DNA from: an uncultured virus (IMG/VR IMGVR_UViG_3300020442_002637)
Taxonomy: Duplodnaviria; Heunggongvirae; Uroviricota; Caudoviricetes
Virus record (IMG/VR): IMGVR_UViG_3300020442_002637
Length of the DNA: 60,958 nt
Strand: one strand, 5' to 3'
Under the pieces are notes generated by a model. That model was not told where the DNA came from and did no database searches. It saw nothing but the letters and a program-made list of their open reading frames with translations. Shown piece by piece: positions 54,305 to 60,958 of this stretch (within the stretch, counting starts at the first letter, position 1; each line of letters begins with the position of its first letter). The position numbers and the translations under genes are program-made.

Positions 54305-55153
54305 TTACCCTAACAACTTTCCCAAAGTCTTTGGTCCGACAATACCATCTGCAACCAAGCCGTTTGAACTTTGCCAATGCTTGACTATTCTTTCTGTGCC
54401 TGGACCAAATATACCATCTGCTGGACTTATGTCTAATTTTTCTTGCACTTCTGCTACAAGTGGACCTCTTGAACCTTTTCTAATAGTTTGATTGTAATCT
54501 ACTTCAGGTTCTTCAAAGTCACCGCCTAGTACATCCATTGCATGTAGATAATGTTTTTTACGATCATCTAAGCCTATAGTGCCGCCGTTTATTCTTTTGG
54601 TAGCACCTACGACATCCATGTCGTCACACCATTTGTTAATGTTGTTAGTATCCCAGAACCAACATGCTGAATCTAATGCACCTTTTTTAGTACGCACATA
54701 GTCAACTGCTTCTTCTGGTGACATCTCTACTGCTTTTCCGAATTCTGTGTAGTTGTATCGTCCTGTGAGCTGAAGTATTCCGCCACCCCGAAAACGCCAA
54801 CCATCGCCAGAGGCAGTATCGCCATTGTCCATCCTATTTGCATAAATGACGTTAGCAATTTTTTCTGGTTGTCTGTGGTATTGGTTTGCATCTCTATTTG
54901 CCCTTCTAAAATATTTTGGAAAAATCGTGTTCAGTGCTTTGGCGCTATAATTTAAGTTTTCACTTAAAACCCTAAAGCCGCCGGACTCGTGTCCACACTG
55001 AGCAATAAACATAGCGACTCTTTCGATGGTATCTACTTCCCATAAAGGAAGTATTTCACACATAGCTTCGTACCAATCTTTCCAGTCGTCTCTATGGATT
55101 AGCTCTTCAGCCATCCATTCTTCGAATTCAAATTTAAAGTGTTCTTTAGCCAT
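54305..55153 (-). CDS. GH19 endolysin with C-terminal peptidoglycan-binding domain
   Basis: FIAQCGHESGG, ENLNYS, GWRFRG.G..QLTGR.NY, TKRINGG; DGIFGPGT, DGIVGPKT. Confidence 0.92.
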   Translation of the reverse strand: MAKEHFKFEFEEWMAEELIHRDDWKDWYEAMCEILPLWEVDTIERVAMFIAQCGHESGGFRVLSENLNYSAKALNTIFPKYFRRANRDANQYHRQPEKIANVIYANRMDNGDTASGDGWRFRGGGILQLTGRYNYTEFGKAVEMSPEEAVDYVRTKKGALDSACWFWDTNNINKWCDDMDVVGATKRINGGTIGLDDRKKHYLHAMDVLGGDFEEPEVDYNQTIRKGSRGPLVAEVQEKLDISPADGIFGPGTERIVKHWQSSNGLVADGIVGPKTLGKLLG

Positions 55154-55301
55154 TTGGTGTATCCTTTTGTTGACATGCTTCACATCGACAGTGTTCGCAT
55201 ACTTTGATATTTATGATTTTGTTGTCACCATCTGTCATATCTTTGTATAGTGGTGTTCCGCAATGTGAGCCATTTCCGCAATTTTTACAATTATAATTCA
55301 C
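55146..55301 (-). CDS. Unannotated 51-aa Cys-rich (zinc-binding-like) protein
   Basis: GTG start; NCKNCGNGSHCG...VCEHCRCEAC; coupled to both neighbours. Confidence 0.6.
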   Translation of the reverse strand: MNYNCKNCGNGSHCGTPLYKDMTDGDNKIINIKVCEHCRCEACQQKDTPNG

Positions 55302-56014
55302 TGTATCCTTTCTAATACTAAAGTGTTTCCTGCGTTTTCGAAAGTAAGTTTATTTCCGTATTTTGTAATGTTGTAGTCACCTATATATTTGGATAGATAA
55401 ATTATCTCTGCAAAATCCCAAGGATTAAAACTTTCTTTTAAGTTATCCAAGATTGTTTGTTTATCTCCAAAATCAATAAATTTAAATTTTATTTGTTCTG
55501 CATAAGGTTTTTTAATTGTTAATTCGTTTTCTAACAAATCCACGGAGTCAACATAGCTTCTATCAAAAAAGTTTTTATAATTTTCCATTTGTGTATTTGT
55601 TCTTGTTATACCATAATCTTCTGGGTTTTTTGGAATAGTGATGTCTAAGTTTTCTAATGTTGCGTCTTTACTTTTAAAATTTTTATAGTATCTAAACTTT
55701 AAATTATCAACACCGCTTATTTTTCTAACACCGTCTAATACTTCAAATACGTTGTTAGCTACATTTCTATCTCGTTCTAGTTCTACAAATACTTTATATG
55801 TTCCATCTGATTGTTCGCCGGGTGTAACATCTGCATCTAATATAAAACTATATCCTGATTCTAAAAACTTTACTAAATCATCAGCAGGTGCTTTGTCTCT
55901 AAGGCTAAAACTGAGTGTAACAATGTCTTCATCTTCCCCCATTTTACTTGCAAAGGAATCAACTTCAAATATGTCATATAACATATGTTTTAAATCATTT
56001 TGACGTAACCCCAT
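55298..56014 (-). CDS. Conserved hypothetical jumbo-phage protein
   Basis: DSFASKMGED.DI..LSF..PA.DL..F.E.GY..ILDAD. Confidence 0.7.
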   Translation of the reverse strand: MGLRQNDLKHMLYDIFEVDSFASKMGEDEDIVTLSFSLRDKAPADDLVKFLESGYSFILDADVTPGEQSDGTYKVFVELERDRNVANNVFEVLDGVRKISGVDNLKFRYYKNFKSKDATLENLDITIPKNPEDYGITRTNTQMENYKNFFDRSYVDSVDLLENELTIKKPYAEQIKFKFIDFGDKQTILDNLKESFNPWDFAEIIYLSKYIGDYNITKYGNKLTFENAGNTLVLERIQ

Positions 56015-56015
56015 A

Positions 56016-56588
56016 TTATGCTCCTGCTGGTTCCGCGGCTGGTGCGTCTGCCGCTGGTGCTGTGCCTAAGTCTGGTGCTGGAGGTGCAGGAGCCGCCGCT
56101 ACTGCATCTGCTGGTTGTTGCCCACCTTCTGCTGTAGCAGGTTGAGCAGGATCAGCAACCATATCTTGAATTTCTTTATATGTACCATATATATCAACAA
56201 GTAATTTTTTAGGCATCATTATTTCAACAAGCCAAATAGGATGTCTATCTAATTTGCCTTTTTTAGTACCTGGTCTAATATCGTCCGGTTTTCTAATTTT
56301 TCTTGGTTTTAACAGTGTTGTTTTTTGATAATTTACTTTACAGTCATAATCTAATAATCTTTTACCGCCCATTGGATCAGGCATTTTAGATCTAGGCCAC
56401 ATAAATTTACAAGTAACCCAATGCCTGTCAATATTTGGACCTTCTGCAAGTTCACCATCTTCCCAGTTGTCGTACACATAGATATCAAGTTCGTCTATTA
56501 CCCTTTCAAAATCCTTCAATATTTGAAATCCAGAGTCACTTTCGTATATGCCTTCAACATTTTTTACAATATCGTAAATATCTTGCAT
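56016..56588 (-). CDS. Conserved hypothetical jumbo-phage protein with Ala/Pro tail
   Basis: LKDFERV.DE.D.YVY.NW..GEL..GP; GATAAATA at 56614-56621. Confidence 0.7.
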   Translation of the reverse strand: MQDIYDIVKNVEGIYESDSGFQILKDFERVIDELDIYVYDNWEDGELAEGPNIDRHWVTCKFMWPRSKMPDPMGGKRLLDYDCKVNYQKTTLLKPRKIRKPDDIRPGTKKGKLDRHPIWLVEIMMPKKLLVDIYGTYKEIQDMVADPAQPATAEGGQQPADAVAAAPAPPAPDLGTAPAADAPAAEPAGA

Positions 56589-56735
56589 GAATTGTTTTCT
56601 CCAATTATACTTTTATTTATCTGTAAAATGTATGTTGATATCTTTATAGGACCATGATACTAAATACTTTTGTAGGGCTTAATGCCCAACAGGGCGTGGC
56701 TCTACTTACATAATCCATTGTAAGGAGGACACTTA

Positions 56736-57449
56736 ATGGGTGCAAAAAGACAGTCTCGCAAGTTGAGACAAACCACAAACGTGGTAGATTTACAAGTCTA
56801 CCAAAAGAAAAATCAAGTTACTATCCTTCCAAGAAACAAAAATCAAGAAACATACATGCTAAAACTGCTAGACCGGAAAAAAGATATAATCTTCGGTATT
56901 GGTCCTGCTGGAACCGGAAAAACACTTATTGCTGTTCAGGTGGCTGTAAAATTGTTTAAAGAAGGAAAAGTTGATAAAATTATTGTTACCAGACCAGCTG
57001 TTTCTGTAGATGAAGATTTAGGTTTTTTACCTGGAACTTTAGAACAAAAAATGGCTCCATGGACTAGACCAATATTTGATGTGTTACGTGAATACTTCAA
57101 TGCACGTGAAATATCTGGAATGATTGATGAAGGAATAGTTGAGATAGCACCGTTAGCTTATATGAGAGGTAGGACTTTTAAAAATGCCTTTATATTAGCT
57201 GATGAAATGCAAAATGCTACCCAAAATCAAATGAAGATGTTATTAACACGTATTGGAACAGGCAGTAAAATGGTTGTTACAGGTGATTTAGCACAAGCCG
57301 ATCGGTTACGTGATAATGGTTTGATTCAGTTCGTAGAACAACTTGAAGCAAAAGAAATAGCCCGTTTGGACATAGTCCGTTTTGCAAAAGGAGATATAGA
57401 AAGACATGAAGCTGTTCGAGAAGTTTTGGAAATTTACGGAGATATGTAA
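56736..57449 (+). CDS. phoH: PhoH-family ATPase
   Basis: GPAGTGKT, TRP, LGFLPG, AYMRGRTF, DEMQN, TGD..Q.D. Confidence 0.95.
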   Translation: MGAKRQSRKLRQTTNVVDLQVYQKKNQVTILPRNKNQETYMLKLLDRKKDIIFGIGPAGTGKTLIAVQVAVKLFKEGKVDKIIVTRPAVSVDEDLGFLPGTLEQKMAPWTRPIFDVLREYFNAREISGMIDEGIVEIAPLAYMRGRTFKNAFILADEMQNATQNQMKMLLTRIGTGSKMVVTGDLAQADRLRDNGLIQFVEQLEAKEIARLDIVRFAKGDIERHEAVREVLEIYGDM

Positions 57450-58577
57450 TTATTTTCTAAAAACATAGACTCCTTCAAATTTTTCACGCCCGGCCAGTTT
57501 GTTATTTCCAACACCTGGTCGGGTATTGAGCATCATTTTTATAGTTCCTACATGTCTGAAACCTATTCGTTCAGATAGCGTGATCCAATCATCGACAACT
57601 TTATATTCTTTTTTGCCGTAGGTTTTGTAATCCGCAATGTTTGTAGCGAATATTCCATCTTGGTTAAGACTGTTATAAATGTTCTCAACAGTAGGCTCAG
57701 CGTATCCACTAAACCATTCGTCAAGGGTGCGATAACGTACCATACATTGTGTTTCTTCATCTGAATATTTCTCCAAGTTAAAATAAGGTGGTGAACTAAA
57801 TGCTAAATCAATATCATTAGGTTTGTATTCTTCACTAACATTTTGAACAATAGTGCCTTTAAATCCAACTGCTTCATCTAGTATTTCATTAAAGTAGTTT
57901 AGATATTTAATAGTTTCTGTATTTGGATCTATGCCTAAATAATTGTACGACATATTGCTACAACTTATGCCTAATAGTCTACCACCATATCCTGCACTGT
58001 AATCATAAACATTACCCCAAAGCACAGGGCATAGATGTTCTGCTAATGCTCTAGCATTTTGAGGTTTAAAATTTTGTATATTTTCCCCTGTAACAAGTTC
58101 TAATGCTCTTCTAATTGCAGTAGGGTATACAAGTTTATGCCCTTCACGCATATCATAACATATTCTAATAGCTCTTTTCAATTTTTTATCATCATAGAAT
58201 CTATCTTTGAGACTATTACTTCCGCGGCCTTTAGGTTCAGCTGTCATCATATTAGGAAATAAAAACCTGCTTAATGGCTGTCCTTTGTTATTTCCTAAAC
58301 TAATTTTTGAATCTTTTACTGTATTATAGCTTATAGATTTGAAATCACGAACAGCGTTTATTAAACCTTTTTCAGTGAAATAAATTATTGGGACTAGATT
58401 AATGCTTCTATAAATGTCAAATACTTTGTTAATAGTACCTTCAGGATCTTTGTTGTAAGCAGGCTTGTCTAATTTGTTTAATTGGTCGTAGACAGATTCA
58501 TAGCCGGTAAATTCTTCAGCTACAATGTTACTAGGTTTTATACCCCAAAAATTATATATGTCCTGAAGTGTCGACAT
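57450..58577 (-). CDS. Amino-group (N4-C/N6-A) DNA methyltransferase-like protein
   Basis: YDYSAGYGGRLLG, GIDPN, FSSPPYF..EKY. Confidence 0.8.
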   Translation of the reverse strand: MSTLQDIYNFWGIKPSNIVAEEFTGYESVYDQLNKLDKPAYNKDPEGTINKVFDIYRSINLVPIIYFTEKGLINAVRDFKSISYNTVKDSKISLGNNKGQPLSRFLFPNMMTAEPKGRGSNSLKDRFYDDKKLKRAIRICYDMREGHKLVYPTAIRRALELVTGENIQNFKPQNARALAEHLCPVLWGNVYDYSAGYGGRLLGISCSNMSYNYLGIDPNTETIKYLNYFNEILDEAVGFKGTIVQNVSEEYKPNDIDLAFSSPPYFNLEKYSDEETQCMVRYRTLDEWFSGYAEPTVENIYNSLNQDGIFATNIADYKTYGKKEYKVVDDWITLSERIGFRHVGTIKMMLNTRPGVGNNKLAGREKFEGVYVFRK

Positions 58578-59235
58578 AATCGTTAACTGATGGGAATATT
58601 TCTGCAATAGCTTTCGCACATTCTATGGCTATTTCCATATGTTCTTTTTGTGTGCCGTTAGCACTTCGTAATTCAATATAATGTATCCAGCTACGTAATG
58701 TTCCATTCATATACAATCTTGTTCTAGTAAGTCCTTCAGGTAAAACTGCTCTAGCCTGTTCTTTTGCAATACCGTTTTGCAAAGCCCATTCATATGCTCT
58801 CCTTGCTTGATCTATCACTTGGTTCTGCTGACTACTCCACATCATTTGTAATCTAGTATCATCAGTTTCAATTGAATTTTGCCTGTTTTTTGGATCTTGC
58901 AATCTAGCTTCTCTATGCACAAAAATATCACCCATATCTTCTGGGTTAGCATATCGTTGACTAAATTCTTGAAAACTAAAACTTCTATGCCTTACAATTT
59001 GGTGTGCAATGTCTCTTGTTGTATCTATTTCTAAACATGCATTTACCATTTCAAATGGTGACCAATGCTTATGCTTTGCAAGGTATTTCAACAATTTTTC
59101 ACTTGTTTCTGTATTCATTTGATTTGCAGGGTTACTTACCCTTGCACAAAATGCTATTAAATCTTGTGCATCATCAATATCTTTTGCTAAAAAATGTAAA
59201 GCTGGTTGTGAATAACTAACTAAACGAACGGCCAT
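58552..59235 (-). CDS. thyX: Flavin-dependent thymidylate synthase
   Basis: ARVS, HWSPFE, RHRSFSFQEFSQRY, EQARAVLP, LRSW.HY..LR. Confidence 0.96.
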   Translation of the reverse strand: MAVRLVSYSQPALHFLAKDIDDAQDLIAFCARVSNPANQMNTETSEKLLKYLAKHKHWSPFEMVNACLEIDTTRDIAHQIVRHRSFSFQEFSQRYANPEDMGDIFVHREARLQDPKNRQNSIETDDTRLQMMWSSQQNQVIDQARRAYEWALQNGIAKEQARAVLPEGLTRTRLYMNGTLRSWIHYIELRSANGTQKEHMEIAIECAKAIAEIFPSVNDYVDTSGHI

Positions 59236-59417
59236 TCTTTTTCTCCTTTTAAATTTCTTAATCTATCTTTTAAAAAGCTGATAGTAGTATGAATATGTCC
59301 TGTATCTTCTGGTTGAATTAAAGTTTTATAGTATTCTATTTCTTCTTCTAGTACACTAACTCTTACAATATCATTTATTAATTTTTTATTTTTAGTCGCC
59401 TTCGCCTGGATTTTCAC
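59220..59417 (-). CDS. Small hypothetical protein
   Basis: [13 protein letters not shown]. Confidence 0.55.
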   Translation of the reverse strand: MKIQAKATKNKKLINDIVRVSVLEEEIEYYKTLIQPEDTGHIHTTISFLKDRLRNLKGEKEWPFV

Positions 59418-59730
59418 TAAAATGTTCCTCTAATTTATTAGGCACTCCTTGCCATTTTTCTGCATCTTCGGGTGGATCTTTTTTCGCTGTGATGTTAGGC
59501 CATTGTTCAGACCATTTTCTATTAAAGTCAACCCAAAAGTTTTTATCGCCTGTAGAATCAGGAAGTATAGCCTCTGCTGGACATTCAGGCTCACAAACAC
59601 CGCAATCTATGCACTCGTCTGGGTGTATAACCAACATATTTTCGCCTTCATAGAAGCAATCTACAGGACAAACCTCAACGCAATCCATGTGTTTGCATTT
59701 TATACAGTTGTCATTTACAATGTATGTCAT
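59392..59730 (-). CDS. fdxA: FdxA-type dicluster ferredoxin
   Basis: [43 protein letters not shown]. Confidence 0.93.
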   Translation of the reverse strand: MTYIVNDNCIKCKHMDCVEVCPVDCFYEGENMLVIHPDECIDCGVCEPECPAEAILPDSTGDKNFWVDFNRKWSEQWPNITAKKDPPEDAEKWQGVPNKLEEHFSENPGEGD

Positions 59731-59733
59731 ATG

Positions 59734-60648
59734 TTATAATCTTGCTAATCTTATCAATGTTGCCGCCAAATTAATTTCTGGATCGACAACAAGTGTGTGA
59801 TCTACCAACCCTTGTTTAATAATCAAAACTGCTTGATCTTGTTTTTCAGCATCTCCAAACAGTTCTATATTATCATAAAGCCATCTATAAATTTCTTCCA
59901 TTTCTTCTGGACGAACAGTTCCGCAAAGCAGTTTTCTTGCTTCTTGTATTTTGCCTGCTTTAAACAGTTCAACCATATCAAGTTTCCAATCACTCTCCCC
60001 TGTATCGCCTTCGTTTGGTTTAAGCAAACTTTTATCCTGTACATTCATTTGCACCATATTAATGCATTTTCTTAAATCAGGATATGTTGCTTTTACATAT
60101 GTATCTAGTATGTCAAGATCGGGCTTTACTTCTTCAGTAATAAGAATCTCTGCCACTCTAGCAGTAAACTCAGTTTGATCAATTTTTGCAATATGAAATC
60201 CTTGACATCTGCTATGTATAGCAGGAATAATCCTATTAGGATAATTACAAGTTAAAACAAATCTACTTGTAGTGTGATATTCTTCCATTACGCCACGTAA
60301 TGCGGCTTGTGCATTTGGAGATAGATAATCTGCCTCATCTAGTAGCACAACTTTAAAATCACCAAATGGAATCATTTGCACAAAATTTACAATCCTATCT
60401 CGTACATCGTCAACACTATTTGTTCTACTAGCATTTATTTCTAGTATATCATATTCATTGACTTCTAATTCATTAAATAATAATTTTGCAAGAGTAGTTT
60501 TACCAATACCTGCATTACCGCTGAATAGTAAATGCGGAATTGTTTTTTCTTTTATCCAGTTTTTAACTTGCTTCTTCTGTGCTTCATCACGAAATACATA
60601 ACCATCAACTGTTTTAGGTCTATATTTTTCTACCCAAAGTTCTTTCAT
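59734..60648 (-). CDS. Clamp-loader ATPase (RFC small subunit/gp44-like)
   Basis: WVEKYRP, GNAGIGKT, NAS, LLDEAD, SRC, DLR..IN. Confidence 0.93.
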   Translation of the reverse strand: MKELWVEKYRPKTVDGYVFRDEAQKKQVKNWIKEKTIPHLLFSGNAGIGKTTLAKLLFNELEVNEYDILEINASRTNSVDDVRDRIVNFVQMIPFGDFKVVLLDEADYLSPNAQAALRGVMEEYHTTSRFVLTCNYPNRIIPAIHSRCQGFHIAKIDQTEFTARVAEILITEEVKPDLDILDTYVKATYPDLRKCINMVQMNVQDKSLLKPNEGDTGESDWKLDMVELFKAGKIQEARKLLCGTVRPEEMEEIYRWLYDNIELFGDAEKQDQAVLIIKQGLVDHTLVVDPEINLAATLIRLARL

Positions 60649-60839
60649 CTTCCTAGTAATCTCCTTGCCGCGTTAATAGGGTTTTTAAGTCCGTCATAAG
60701 TTTCGTCAATAAATCCTATATGTTTTGTTAGTTTAGCATTGAGTTCGTCAACTGTCAACTGTAATTTGTCCAGTTTCTCATGAAGTGTATGTAGCTCGTC
60801 TGTGAGTTGTTCTTTTATGCTAAAAAGTTCTTTGTTCAT
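60645..60839 (-). CDS. Small coiled-coil hypothetical protein
   Basis: RBS GGAG; ATGA-coupled to the clamp loader. Confidence 0.55.
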   Translation of the reverse strand: MNKELFSIKEQLTDELHTLHEKLDKLQLTVDELNAKLTKHIGFIDETYDGLKNPINAARRLLGR

Positions 60840-60874
60840 TCAATCTCCATAAGGTACTCTATCATTATACGACT

Positions 60875-60903
60875 AGTATAACAATAAAGTACCTAAATGT
60901 CAA
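60875..60903 (-). promoter_or_regulatory. Sigma70-type promoter
   Basis: TTGACA-17-TATACT. Confidence 0.7.
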
Positions 60904-60958
60904 GAAAAAATTATTCTCTGTTGCCCAAAAGCATTAACAGCATTTGGAAAAGATTTAT

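Noticed and set aside
56016..56160. GC-rich stretch as a possible ncRNA or foreign insert
   Set aside because: Explained by the Ala/Pro-rich C-terminal tail of the 56016-56588 protein.
1..60958. Cellular or NCLDV origin, or an alternative genetic code
   Set aside because: Spanins, endolysin, SD sites and T4-like late promoters indicate a tailed phage; genes tile densely under the standard code.

Overview
AT-rich, gene-dense segment of a large (probably jumbo) tailed dsDNA phage with T4-like late promoters, family B DNA polymerase, a probable sliding clamp and an RFC-type clamp loader. It is likely marine with a Gram-negative, possibly alphaproteobacterial, host (FdxA-type ferredoxin, spanins, leaderless genes). 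All calls come from motif recognition without database searches. Layout: (1) 1-12.5 kb, a tailoring-enzyme island: about ten Fe(II)/2OG-type oxygenases (two TauD-like with an unusual HxN ligand), a B12-radical SAM enzyme, a PLP enzyme, flavoproteins, a methyltransferase, a desaturase and an SGNH-like protein, next to a tail-fibre-like gene. (2) 13.7-21 kb, core genes (MoxR/VWA, 5'-3' exonuclease). (3) 21-33 kb, a 7-deazaguanine DNA-modification locus (QueE, FolE, DpdL-motif T-fold protein, TGT/DpdA-like) interleaved with a glycosyltransferase, PRTase, cupin, HhH and HIT genes, followed by sugar-nucleotide enzymes. (4) PolB. (5) 37-44 kb, a run of probable internal head proteins sharing an N-terminal targeting-like motif, some carrying enzymes, plus unannotated metallothionein-like and CDGSH-like microproteins. 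(6) ClpA, DnaJ and a secreted Cys-repeat protein trio. (7) A lysis cassette with an MscS-like gene. (8) PhoH, a DNA methyltransferase, ThyX, ferredoxin and the clamp loader. Best candidates for undescribed systems are a possibly glycosylated 7-deazaguanine pathway, the oxygenase island, and the virion-packaged modular cargo proteins. No rRNA, tRNA, CRISPR array or IS element was recognised.
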